From: Carcharhinus amblyrhynchos
Lineage: Eukaryota
Reading direction: 5' to 3'
Length of the DNA stretch: 64,000 nucleotides
Assembly: GCA_965287045.1 (NCBI GenBank)
Contig: OZ336878.1
Span: 69,688,001-69,752,000 of the forward strand
This document shows, piece by piece, positions 37,873-50,569 of this stretch. Numbering within the stretch: the first letter of the stretch is position 1; the number at the start of each line of letters is the position of its first letter. A model generated the notes under the pieces. It did no database searches. It worked only from the letters and a program-made list of their open reading frames with translations, and was not told where the DNA came from. A program made the translations under genes and the position numbers.

Positions 37873-39440
37873 ATTGAATTGATTTATTATTGACACATGC
37901 ATTGGGATTGTTATGGTTCAGGTCAGAAACTCTAAACTGTTTTATGGAGCCCACTTGGATCATATGTTTTGCCTCTTGAATTTGACCAGGAAGATCATGA
38001 GATGTTTCACTTCAAGTGACCCATCAGGAAGCTTTTATCAAACAAAGTTTATTTAAAGAATATAGTTCACATGTATAATGAGAGAATTAGCAAGAACTTC
38101 TATCAATTACAAACAAGAAACAGAACAACCATTATAATGTATAATCATTAACAAATATATTTAATGTGCTCCAATCAAACCAATCTAATAGATAAAAGAG
38201 CCTTTTCACAAGTTTAACGCAGCAAAGATTAATGCTCACGTGATACTGGACTTGAGACCTTTGGGTGAAGTATGCAGTTCTCTGGTTAGACTCAGAACAG
38301 TTGAAGTCAGAACAGCTTCCCAAAACACCAGGTATTCTAGGCAAGCCACCACCAGCCGATTCCTCCTTCAGATAGGCAAGACCTTGCTTTCAGCTAAGCA
38401 GCAGAATTTCTAAAAAAAGAGAGAGTTTTTTTTTAGCTTGATGTATCTTCTCACACTAAAACTCAAACCTGCAGCTAAACTGAAAATTAAAAAAAACTCC
38501 ATAGCTTGACCTGCCAATCAATTTTTCTCCTCACAATCAGTCATAAACATCCCAGTAAAAATGAAACAAATCCTTTTAAGCAGCAATAAGAAGACCCTCG
38601 TAGACAACCTGGCAACAATAAGAAAAACAACCTGAAAATGTTTGGTTACAACTGCAGAGTGCATGATTTTGAAAAAAAATCTTAAAGATACACTAGCATC
38701 ACGGGATACAGTGAAAAATATTGTTTCTTGAACTATACAGACAAAATATTCATAGAGCATAAAAGGGAGAAAGAAAGGATAAGGTGCAAAATATAGTATT
38801 GCAGTTACTGATAGGGTGAAAAGAAAGATCATCTTAATATGTGCCAGGAACATTCAAAAGTCTGATGGCAGCAAGAAAGAAGCTGCTCTCAGGACAGTTG
38901 GTACGTATTTTCAGGCCTTTGTATCTTTTTCCTGATGGAAGAAGGTGCAAGAGAGCATGTCCAGGGTGCATGGGATCCTTGATTATGCTGGCTACTTTCG
39001 CAAGACAGTGAGAAGCATAGACAGAGTCAATGGAAGGGAGGCTGATTTGCAAGAGGGACTGGGCTACGTTCACAACCCTTTTGTAGTTTCTTGCGGTCTT
39101 GGCCAGAGCAGCGGTGATACCAAGCTGTGCTGCATCTGGAAAGGATGCTTTCTATGATGCAATTGTAAAAATTAGTGAGAGTCGTACTGGACATGCTAAA
39201 TTTCCTTAGACTTCTGAGAAAGTAGAGGCCTTTGTGGGCTTTCTTGACTGTAGCATCGGCGTGGAAGGTCCAGGATAGTTGTTGGTGATCTGAACACCTA
39301 GAAACCTGAAGCTCATGACCATCTCTACTTCATCCCTGTTAATGTAAATAGGGGCATGTTCTCCACTATGCTTCGTGAAGTTGATAACTATCTCCTTCGT
39401 TTTACTGACAATGAGGGAGAGATTATTGTCATTGCAGCAT
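37873..39440 (-). mobile_element. Rex1/Babar-type LINE 3' portion, interrupted by a solo LTR
   Basis: IIKDPMHPGHALLHLLPSGKRY...SSFF.AAIRLLN and NNLSL.VSKTKEIVI.F motifs; the 3' end also occurs uninterrupted at ~56205-56370. Confidence 0.8.
37909..38703 (-). mobile_element. Solo LTR (~795 bp)
   Basis: Ends TGTTATG ... CATCAC(G), flanked by duplicated (G)GGAT; minus-strand AATAAA near 38049. Confidence 0.75.
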
Positions 39441-40793
39441 TCTTTCCTGTACTCTGTCTTGCACCTGATTTTCTTGATTAATAAAATCAACCTTTACTCA
39501 AACTGATGTGGATTAACTTAACATTAATTAAACATTGTTATCTCAAAGAAACACTTGTATCTTATGGTAGCAGAATAATGCATTCTGCATTACATGTCCT
39601 TGACTAAAATTGAGTAGCACCATGGGAGTTTAGTTCGCACCATCCCCACCATCTTTTCCTCCTTACAGTGATTCTTGGATGCCAGAATTACAAGAACAAA
39701 ATACACATGACAAACAGGTTTTGGCTCAACCTTAAACTCATTTGTTATTAAACCAACAAAACCCTGCTACAGCTCTCTTTATCACTTGACTGAAACTTAC
39801 AATCACCCCCTGCACACAACTGGTCATCACTGGTGTTGATAGTAGGTTTGGATCTGGAGAGGACTGATTCTCATCATTCTTCTCCTGACTGCATTGCACA
39901 TACTTCAGTGTTACCGTTTAATATTGCCCAATGATGCCATCATACTCCGGGCCTCAGGCTTAGATTCAGTTAGCATCCTGTTGGATCTTCTAGTCTTTCA
40001 TTGCTCCATATCTTGGTCTTTCAATGTCTTGACTGCAAAGCTGTGTGGTCAAAAGACAATTTATCTTCTCCGCAATTTCCCTCATGGTGATGGGTTTTAG
40101 CATTGTTCCGATGCTAATGCTTCTCCCACTGTTACCATTAACTTATGGCATTGTACAATTGTTAACATTCTCCAAACTGATTATGAGTCAGGGTTTCAGT
40201 TAACTCATTCTTTCTATGCATAAAGGATAACTGTTTCACGTCTTTCAGATGTGTACACAATTTGGCTGCTATACGTAGTGGATGGTTAAGCCAAACATTT
40301 ATGCAGCCTGCATATTTTTAAAAAACAAGCTTGATGTTGAACAACTGAAATCTCCACATACTAACTGCCTTTAGTAAAATGGGGGAATCAGTGGAATTTA
40401 AGGACAGCAAATAGCTGATTGAAGTTGCGTGATAGCTTAATTTTGCCAGAAATAATTGCATGCCTAATATGTGAGAAACGGATGTCTTTGTAATCAACTT
40501 CTACAGGACTGCTTAGTCATTTGCCTGGTATAGGTGACTGCCTTTGATAAACATGGACATGTTGCAAGTGATGGGGATTGTAATAATCTTAAAGAAATGG
40601 AAAGATGGTATACATTTCCCTTCACATTTCCTGTGTCAGATTTTGAACATCATGCTTGAGAAACAAACTTTTTCATAATCAGGTTTCCACCAATAGAGTG
40701 CCTAAAGTTTGATATTCACAAAAGAGCAAAGAAACTAAATGAACCAAATCATGCATAAATGTTTTCAGATGCTTTCAAGAAATCAATATTAAT

Positions 40794-41122
40794 AAGAACA
40801 TAAGAAATAGGAGCAGGAGTAGGCCATCTAGCCCTTCGAGCCTGCCCCGCCATTCAATAAAATCATGGCTGATCTGAAGTGGATCAGTTCCACTTTCCCG
40901 CTTTCTCCTCACAAGCCTTAATTCCCCTGTCTATCAAAAACCTATCTACTCGTGACTTAAATATATTTAGCGAGGTAGCCTCCACCACTTCAATGGGCAG
41001 AGAATTCCAGAGATTCACCACCCTTTGAGTGAAGAAGTTCCTTCTCAACTCTGATCTAAACTGCGCCCCCCCGCCCCCCCCCCCCCCCCCCCCTTATCTT
41101 GAGGCTGTGCCCTTTAGTCTGT
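40794..41122 (-). mobile_element. CR1 LINE 3' end
   Basis: AAGAACATAAGAAATAGGAGCAGGAGTAGGCC is the reverse complement of the tail at 55170-55205. Confidence 0.88.
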
Positions 41123-41158
41123 GAAGTCACTCTTAAGAATATTAAACCCAGACAATAT

Positions 41159-41460
41159 GGGTAGCATAGTGGCACAGTGGTTAGCACTGTTGCCTCACAG
41201 CACCAGGCACCTGGGTTTGCTTCCTGACTTGGGTCACTGTCTGTGCTGAGGCTGCATGTTCTCTGTGTGTCTGCATAGGTTTCCCCTGGTGCTTCAGTTT
41301 CCTCCAAAAGACGTCCTGGTTAGGTATATTGGCCATGCTAAATTCTTCCTCAGTGTATCTGAACAGGTGCCGGAATATGGTGACTGGGGGATTTTCACAG
41401 TAACTTCATTGCAGTGTTGATGTAAGTTTACTTATGACTAATAAATAAATTTAAACTTTA
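41159..41460 (+). mobile_element. tRNA-derived HE1/V-SINE
   Basis: A-box region GTGGCACAGTGGTTAGCACTG, decayed B-box, V-domain-like core and AATAAATAAA tail. Confidence 0.85.
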
Positions 41461-42179
41461 AAAACCAAAACCTAAACTTGCTCAAATCTTTTCAACGAAA
41501 CATTTCTTCATATTTTTTAAACAAATTTCGAAATCCAGAGCTCAAAAAACATCCCTAAAACCAAAATCTTAAAATACTTATTTTGCAATAATGTGGTTAA
41601 ATTTGTCTATAAAATTGTATTTGAGTACCTTCATTAAAGTTTTTACCCAGAACACTCGGCTTCTCTCAAAAACCTGGGATTGGAATTGGCTTGTTCTCAG
41701 CAGAATAACCAATGATAGCTCTGCCTCCAATTCCCTGCATGTGAAGGGAAGATAGATTGTAAAGCTAAAACTTTCATAAGGAAATGATTAACGAGGGTTT
41801 ATGATGCAGTTTATTTATTTCATGTAAGAAAATGAAACAGTTAACAGACAGAAGGCTGATTAAAGCATTTTTGCTTTATTTTGTTAATACCACAAAATTC
41901 AAAAGGAATAATTATTTACACAAAAATGTTTTTTCTCTCTGCAAAAGTGCATTTCCCTCAGGCAAAGCAGCATTTATGAGTTGTTTTTTCTAAATGATAT
42001 GAAAACAGCCAAAAAGTTTGCAACTAATGATCAGCATCTTTTAGCATTGTGGCCAAGGTGGGGCAGTGATGGTCATTAACAGAGGGGATGGTAAGTTGTG
42101 GATCTGTTGGAAATGGAGAATTAAGGATGTAGTCGCTTATATTGCAGTCGTAGGGGCATGTGGTAGTCTCCTTTTCCCT

Positions 42180-43100
42180 TTCCCCTCTTCCTTTGTTGCT
42201 GATACATACCTGGCAATAAGGACTGTGCCTTCATGGTGGTGTGATTATTTAGCATGCAGCACACCTTGACAAATCTTGCAAAGTCCTCTGCTGTGTACTT
42301 CAGATTCCTTCAGAACTGTCCAAGTTAAAGAAAGTGTTCAGGCACCTCAGTAATCTGCTCCATTATACTTCACGTGACAGCTTGGCTTTTGTTCAATGCA
42401 GACTCCCCACATGTGCATGGGTTGCATGTTGGAGTCGTGAGCCATGTGGTCATTAAAGATTATTGTTGCCCAATAGCCACCCTCTTGATTTCTCATGGTA
42501 GCCCAAGTGCTGATGGTACCTGTATATGACTGCAACTGCAGGCTAAGGAAGCAGAACCCTTTCTAGTTGTGGTATATCTCAGAGTTGGCATGGAACATGC
42601 ACAGGGGGAGAAGTACAAACTTCCCTTTTCTCTCGCGAGAGAGAATGAAATGTATTCAGCTCTGTTAGAATAACGTTTTAAAGTTTATTTATTAGTGTCA
42701 CAATTAGGATTATGTTAACATTGCAATGAAGTTACTGTGAAAATCCTCCAGTCGCCACACTCCGGCACCTGTTCAAATATACAACTCACTAACATCCCTC
42801 TTGCAGCAGAATGACAAACTGAAAAATGTTGCCAATATTGCCTGCTCCGGCCTAGAAGGGGCCACATACGTGGAAGTTCATAGTCACAATTGCTTTTACA
42901 GCCACTGGCAGTGCTGAGCTTGCCCTGTACTGAGGCTGTGGACCTTAATGAAGTGGTGATGTCTAATGCAGTATTGCTTTATGAACACTGTGAGGATATG
43001 GCTTCCTGCTGGATGCCCAAATTCCTTTCCTCCTCCTCCCTCTTTGACAAACTTGTCCTGTTCTTTGTCAACTCTGCTTATTCTCCCTGTCATGTTGTCA
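42180..43100 (-). mobile_element. Second decayed Harbinger transposase, interrupted by a SINE tail at ~42680-42780
   Basis: Minus-strand SALPVAVKAIVTMNF (~42880-42920), GWLLG (~42470) and IMEQI...LKYT...FVKVCCML (~42250-42370). Confidence 0.7.
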
Positions 43101-43464
43101 GCCAAACTTACTGGAGCAAGTGATTTGTGCAGAATGCTTGAAGTCAGGACAAATACCTTCAGCACGTACCACACCTCTCTTTGTAGAATTCAGCACCTTT
43201 AAAAGACTGCAGAATTCACCGAACATGCCTATGACTACAACAAGAGCTCTCAGCAGTGAATCTAAATGTGGGTTGATGTTTCTTTAGAGAGCGCTGCTGG
43301 GGGCTTCTTCTGGCTACTGATAGCTTATTCAGCATTGCAAGGTTAAGAGAATATGATAGCTAGAATATTGTTAGCTACAGATTTAAAATAACATCGTTGG
43401 CAAAATATCGGTGTTACACACTGTTCCGTGTCACAATCTGCCTACTCTGCATACTAATGGACAC

Positions 43465-44012
43465 TCCATGCAACTTTACAAGACCCCACTTGGAGTACTG
43501 TGCGCAGTTCTGGTTACTACAAGAAGGATGCGGAAGCTATTGAGAGGGTGCAGAGGAGATTTACAAGGATGTTGCCTGGATTGGGAGGCATGCCTTATGA
43601 AGATAGGTTAAGGGAGCTAGGTCTCCTCCCTGGTGAGACGAAGATTGAGAGGCGACCTGATAGAGGTTTATAAAATGTTGCGAGGTATAGATAGGGTGGA
43701 ATCTCGGAGGCTCTTTCCCAGGGCTGAAATGGTCGCTATGAGAGGACACAGGTTTAAGATGCTGGGGAGCAGGTACAGAGGAGATGTCAGGGGAAAGTTT
43801 TTCACTCAGAGGTGGTGGGTGAGTGGAATCGGCTGCCGTCGGTGGTGGTAGAGGCGAACTCGCTGGGGTCTTTTAAGAGACTTCTGGATGAGTACATGGG
43901 ATTTAATGGGATTGAGATTTATAGATAGTTCTATGGCATGGTAGGTATGGATATGATTAGCGCAACTTGTGGGCCAAAGGGCCTGTTTGTGCTGTAGTGT
44001 TCTGTGTTCTAT
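43465..44012 (+). mobile_element. CR1 LINE 3' fragment
   Basis: RRLRGDLIEVYKMLRGIDRV...RGHRFK...FFTQR and a (TGTTCTA)-type tail. Confidence 0.9.
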
Positions 44013-44334
44013 GTGCAGGCTAATGGTCTTATCAAAGCCAAAGTGCATGCTGTAGATGCCAGTCTGGAACCAAAATGATAACCATTGCACTGGAAAACCA
44101 GCACGCACATGTGCATTTTGTGGCTGTATTCTGAGAGTACATAGTACTGGAGGGATCAAAAGGGATGGAGTTTTACTGCATAGCATATAGTATCTGTCAA
44201 TGTTGTCAGATAGTAGATGAAAAAAAGGAGGGGGCCAAATATAATTTACTGGGAGACACTAGAGGAGCCATTGCTGAAGTGAAAATCAGAAACTGTTGCT
44301 AAAACAAATCTCCATCTGAGATCAGATAGATATA

Positions 44335-44508
44335 GTAAGAAGTCTCACAACACCAGGTTAAAGTCCAACAGGTTTATTTGAAACTCACCTGAGGAAGGAG
44401 CAGCGCTCCAAAAGCTCATGATACCAAATAAACCTGTTGGACTTTAACCTGGTATTGTGAGACTTCTTGCCATGCTCACTCAAGTCCAACGCCGGCATCT
44501 CCATATCA
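44335..44508 (+). mobile_element. Second Penelope-related short element with inverted arms and a mutated hammerhead core
   Basis: Same arms and tail as 4010-4234, with a single CTGAGGA-AGGAGC-AGC-GCTCC-AAAA core. Confidence 0.7.
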
Positions 44509-44789
44509 TAGCTAGATATTAGTGCAGAAAGAGAAGGGCAGTCCTACAGCTCTTGGCAGCAGTGGCAAGGTTTTGGAGAGAATGGTGTGTTTGGTCACTG
44601 AAGGGTACAGAGAGTTACTGGAAGACAAGAGGAATCATGCACCATGATGAAAGCACACAGATTGTAAAATATTTACAACACAGTAACAGCACATTTGGCC
44701 CAATATGTCCATGCAAGTATTTGTCATTAACATGAGCCTCCTTCCAATCCTCTTCATCTTACTCCATCAATTCAGCCTTCTGAAAGATA

Positions 44790-46670
44790 CGTTTTTCAAA
44801 TTTATTTACTGTATGAATACTGCAGGCTCAGCCAGAGTTTACTGCCCATCCCTAATTGCCCTTAGCAAGGTGGTGGTGAACTGCCTTCTTGAACTGCTGC
44901 ATATAGATTCACCCGCAGCGCTGTTAGGGATGGAGTTCCAAGATTTTGACCTAGTGACAGTCAAGGAACGGCGATATCATTCCAAGTCAGGATGAGGTGT
45001 AGCCTGGCAGGGAACTTTCAGGTGGTGGTCTTCCATTGTGTCTGCTGCCTTGTCCTTCTAGATGGTAGTGGTTGTTGGTTTGGAAGATGCTGCCTAAGGA
45101 GCTTTGGTGAGTTCCTGCACTGTATCTTATAGATGGTACACACTGCTTCTACTGGTGCCTCGGTGGTGAATGGAGTGAATGATTGTGAAACCAAACAAAT
45201 AGGCTATTTCATCTTGGATTGTGTCAAGCTTCTTGAGTATTGTTGGAGCTGCACTCATCCAGACAAGTGGAGAGTATTCCATCACACTCCTGACTTGTGC
45301 CTTGTAGACAGTGGAGTCTTTGGAGAGTGAGGAAGTGAGTTACTTTGCTTTGATAGCCGCAGCATTTATCTGGCTCATCCAATTGTTTTTCTGGTGAACG
45401 GTCACCTGCAGAATGTTGATAGTAGAGGGGAGATGCAGCAATGGTAATGTCATTGAATGTCAAGGGGTACTGTTGGTGATTGTCATTGCCTGGCATTTAT
45501 GTGGCATGAATGTTACTTGCTGCTTGTCAGCATTAGCCTGGAAATTGTCCAGGTCTTGCTATATTTGGACTTAGAATAATAGAATCCCTACACTGCAGAA
45601 GGCCATTCAATCCGTTGAGTCTGCATTTTCCAACAGATCATTCCACCCAGGCCCTATCCCTGTAGCCCTATGTATTCGCCCCATTAATTTCCCCAACCTA
45701 CGCATCTTGGGACACTAAGGGACAATATACCACAGCCAATGTACATCTTTGGATTGTGGGAGGAAACCAGAGCTCTCAGAGAAAACTCACACAGGGAGAA
45801 TATGCAAACTGCACACAGACAGTCATCGAAGGCCGGAATTAAACCTGAGTCCCTGGCGCTGTGAGGCAGCAATGCTAACCTCTGTGCCATTGTGCCACCC
45901 TACATGGACTGCTTTAGTATCTGAGGGGCTGGAAATGACTCTGAACATTTTGTAATCATCAGCAAACATACCTATTTCTGATCTTATGATGGAGTGCAGG
46001 TCATTGGAGAAGCAGCTGAAGATGATTGGGTCTAGGACAGTACCATGGAATACTTGCAGTGATATCCTAGATCTGAGATGATTAACCTCCAGCAACCACA
46101 ACCGTCTTCCTTTGTGCCAGGTTGATTCCATTAGCAGAGTTTTCCCCTGATTCCCATTGACTCCAGTTTTGCCAGAACTCCTTGATGCTACACTCAGTCA
46201 AATACAGTCACTCTGAAATCACTTCTTGAGTTTGAACCAAAACACTGATGAGATCAGGAACTAAGTGACTCTGGTGGAACTCAAACTGAGCATCAGTGAG
46301 CAGATTATTGCTAAGTGCCACTTGATAGAAGTGTTGATGACTTCTTCCATCACTTTACTGATGTCCAAGAGTACGCTGATGGGGTGGTAATTTGCCATTT
46401 GAATTTGTTCTGCTTTTTTTGTACAGGACATATCTGGGCAATTTTCCACTTCACCAGGTAGATGTCAGTGTTATAGCTGTAATGGAACAGTTTGGCTAGT
46501 GGTGCAGCAAAACCTGGAGCATAATAATTCAGTACTATTGCTGGAATATTGTCAGAGCCCATTGCCATTTTCAGGATCCAATCCCTTCTGTCATTTCTTG
46601 ATATTATGCGGAGTGAATCAAATTGGCTGAAGACTTGACATCTGTGATGGTGGGAAATTCAGGAGGAGGA
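44790..46670 (-). mobile_element. CR1/L2-group LINE reverse-transcriptase remnant
   Basis: ORF fragments AMGSDNIPAIVL...LAKLF...WKIAQICPV.KK, NYHPISVL..ISKVME and GTVLDP..FS.F.NDL...MFADD. Confidence 0.8.
45572..45900 (-). mobile_element. HE1/V-SINE inserted in the LINE
   Basis: Reverse-complement tRNA head ends at 45900; flanking duplication TATTTGGACT/TACATGGACT. Confidence 0.85.
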
Positions 46671-48724
46671 AAGGAGTTTGGGGTTATCTTTTTCTCTGGG
46701 TAATCTTAGGGAGGTGATCAAATTTACCAAGGAGAGAGGCTCAGTGAGCCTGATATGATTGAGTCTTGACAGGTAGCTAAACTAGTTATGAATGAGACAT
46801 GGTCAAGTTTATCACCTTTGGCTTTAAAAACAACAAATGCACTTATTTTTAAGCTGGAGTTGAACTTTGGATGCTTTGTGGGAAGAGATTGAGGGAAATA
46901 AGGCACACAACACAATGAAATATTCTCAAGTCTTCTAAATTGAGACTTCAAAACAGTTCATCAAATGAAATGTTTTTGTACAACTTAATTATTGTGGTTG
47001 TACTGAAGAAAAACTAATTATTTTCTCCAAATTATTTTATTAACATTTTATTTGCCATTTCGGGACAAAATTCTTAGAAATTTCTTTACAACTTTTCTAA
47101 CTGCTGATGTAACTTCCTCACAACAATGCTACCCTCTGGCGCACCATGACAGAAAGAACTACTAACAATTAATGTATATCTTGTGCCATGATACTTCAGA
47201 CACCACATATGTATAAAGTACCAAGAAATCACAACTTAACAATCCGAAACAGGAGTGTGCAAAGAGGGAAAAAAAAGCTATCCATATCCTGCTGATTTTC
47301 CTGACCTTTTGATAACCTGGCATCTACCCAAGGAGGGGAGCCAAGCAGCTGGCAATCTGCACAGACTTTCAAATGCAATAGTAATTATAGGCTGTAATTG
47401 AGTTCAGGATTGCCCATTTACACTAGTTACCCACAGGGAATACCTGAAAAGTAGCTTCAAAGGGATATGCAAGGTTAACAGCTAAATATCTTAACTGTGC
47501 TTCAGACCCCATGAGCAATGTCACAGGAGTTCAAACTTGCAGTAGAAAAAAGTTCCTGTGACTGTGCCGGAGAGTTGGGAACCAGTGCATTTAATCTTAA
47601 CACTGAAGCTAATGAAAACAATATGTATTCTTTTTTAGTACTAAATAATTCTTTGTTCTCTTTCCAAATATGCAAAATGTCTTGTTTTCATTTCTTAAAT
47701 GGTTTTCATTTGGTTAATTTTTCCATCAAATTCTTGTCCTGTGTTTGGATAGACCTAGAATTATGACAGTTTCTTGCTGTTGTTTTTTAAAACTGACTTT
47801 TTTGAGTAATTTTTCTTACACTAATGTTTATTTTGAAAAGTCAACACCAGATTTCTTTTTTGTTCTGCTAATCTGGTTTCACTAAAATTAAGTAGATTGA
47901 ACGAAACAATCCAAGTCGGTTTTAGATTAAAGTGGCTAGCACTAGAAATGAAAATCTTCTGCGCATCCCTACACTTACTGTCCATTGGTGGACATTTTAT
48001 AGCTAAGTAAATAGCCAAATGATTATTTGTCAAAATACTGGGATAGCAATTTGTACATGTCATTAAGTTCTAGTGGCTTTTTGTTATCAGATTTTATGAA
48101 ACTTTTCTCTCAAAAGAGGGAGGGAAAATTCTTGGCATATCACAGAATTCAACTGGTTTTAATTTTTGAATTTCCTCTTCAAACAGTTTAATTATTGACA
48201 GATTTCTGTCCTGCTCACATAGGAGGACAGTACACGTAGATGCCACAGTCCCATTATGTGTTCTCATTGAGGATCTTGCTTCACTTTGATGGCGTTCTCT
48301 TTTGGCCCTTGGAATTTAAGCCATTAACTCAGCAGTCAGTTGGTAGCTAGAACATTATTGAGGAAACATAACTTCTATTAATTAAACATGTAATTCAGTA
48401 AAGGCTAAGAGAAAATCACAGCATTTGGCTTGTATGAAGTTTGAACACTTACATCGACTTGTTGAAGTGTATGTGTGCATGTGGATTGAATGCCTTTTTC
48501 TGTGCTGCAAATATATAGTATGTGTAATCTCGCTTTGCACTCCTAATATGTTCCAAGAAGTGTTGTGCTAAATAGAAACATGTTTAAATATGTAAGAAGA
48601 GTGGTTACATTCCTGACCTGTAATTTTTATATTAAAAACCAATTGGTTGCCTTGAACTTAACTGGCTGAAAAATCCTCTTTACTCACGAATTCTTTTTAC
48701 TTTCCTCCTGATCACAGCTTACTG

Positions 48725-49900
48725 CTTCTGTCTCCCAACTGTCCCGCCTCTCTGCCTCTCCTGTCTTTCTGCCTCTCTGCCTCTCCTGTCTTTCTGCCTC
48801 TCTGCCTCTCCACCTCTCTTGCCTCCCTGCCTCTCCCATCTCTCTGCTTCTCTGCCTCTCCCACCTCTCTTGCCTCTCCCGCTTCTGCTTCGCTGCCTCT
48901 CTCTGCCACTCCCGCCTCTCCCGCCCCTCCTGCTTCATCGCCTCTCTCTGCCACTCCCGCCTCTCCCGCCCCTCCTGCTTCGTCACCTCTCTCTGCCTCT
49001 CCCATCCTTCCTGCTTCGCCACCTCTCTCTGCCTGTCCCACCTCTCCCGCCTCTCTGCCTCTCCCACCTCTCTGTGCTTCTCCCGCCCCTCCCACCCCTC
49101 CCGCCCCTCCCACCCCTCCCGCCCCTCCTGCCTCATCACCTCTCCCGCCCCTCCTGCCTCATCACCTCTCCTGCCTCATCACCTCTCCTGCCTCATCACC
49201 TCTCCCGTCTCTCTGCCTCTCCCGCCTCTCTGCCTCTCTCACTTCTCCCGCCCCTCCCTCTTCTCCCGCCTTTCCCGCCTCTCTGTCTATATGCTTCTCC
49301 CGCCTCTCCCACCCTTCCTGCCTCTCCCGCCCCTCCTGCCTCCCCCACCCCTCTCACCTCTCCTGCCTCTCCACTTCTCCCACCTCTCCCGTCTCTCTGC
49401 CTCTTCCACTCTCAGCCGCTCCCACTCTCTGCCCCTCCTCACTCTCGTACTCACTGCCCCTCCTCACTCACTGCCCCTCCTCACCCTAGTATTCTGTCTC
49501 TCCTCCACCTGCTCCTTCACCTTCATACTCACTGCCTCTCCTCAACCTCATTACTCACTGCCCCTCCTCACCCTCTCCCTCACTGCCTCTCCTCACCCTC
49601 ATTACTCACTGCCCCTCCTCACACTCACTGCCTCTCCCTTACCATCATACTCACTGCCTCTCCTGATCCTGAGCAGTGCTTATTGCTTTCCACCCCGACC
49701 CTCCCACTTGTCGCTTTGTGCCTCTGCAACTCCCACTTTCTGTTTCCCTCATGGAATTTCCCAGCTTCACTCCCCCAACCGTACTGCTCACCACTTTCCT
49801 CTCCCAGCCCTTTTGTTCATGGCTTCCCACCACCCAACCTTCTCCCACTCCCTCCATCCTGCTCACCATCCCTTTCCCGAGCTCTTGCTCATACAGAGGA
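48725..49900. repeat. ~1.2-kb pyrimidine-rich low-complexity tandem repeat
   Basis: Iterated TCTCTGCC, CTCCCGCC, CCTCATCACC and CTCACTGCCCCTCC units; the + strand is almost purine-free. Confidence 0.9.
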
Positions 49901-50569
49901 ATTTGCAAAATTTCCAAGTATGGTCAGCCTGTTTCTTGGCTGCGATTGATTCCATTAACTTAGTAATCCTGCAGTGAGCTGAATGAAGTGGGAGTGGTGA
50001 AGAACTATTCTTTCACTCGTTCAGTGGGGAGTCAGGATTGGGGAGCAGTGAGAGGGAGGATTGGGAAAAGAGCCGGCAGTTTGTTTATAAAAAAGACCAA
50101 ACATGTGGAGTAACCCCGCTAAAACTGAAATGAAAGCTGCATTATTCAGGGAGTTTCCTTAATTTACAGCATGCACTATTAGAATATGCTTTAACCAGAG
50201 ATACCTGTGATACTTCTTAAAGTTAAGAAGCGGAAGATTCCTGCTCCAACATAACACATTTAAATTTTAAATGTTTTAAAAAGGTAAGACAATATGATTT
50301 TGTCCCACCCAGGTACAACAACTTGTATTTAAAAAGAACAAAGAACAACCCAGCACAGGAAACAGGCCCTTCAGCCCAACGAGCCCGCGCCACCGCATCA
50401 CCCTACACCTATTCTACCCTGTGTGTCTACGAATAGGACACAGAAACTGGAAGCAAGAGTAGGCCATTCAGCCCTTTGAGCCTGCTCCACTATTCATTTT
50501 AATTACGGCAGATCATTAAATTCAATGTCCTGATTTCCCCAGTTGCCCCCATATCCCTTGGCTACTCCA

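Noticed and set aside
41159-41235. tRNA-like sequences (also 45830-45900, 56711-56775, 61620-61690)
   Set aside because: These are SINE heads continuous with SINE bodies and tails, with no intact cloverleaf.
48684-49977. Long ORFs of 376, 228, 151 and 133 aa
   Set aside because: They are by-products of a stop-free low-complexity C/T repeat; the translations are Pro/Leu/Ser or Glu/Arg/Gly runs with no domain.
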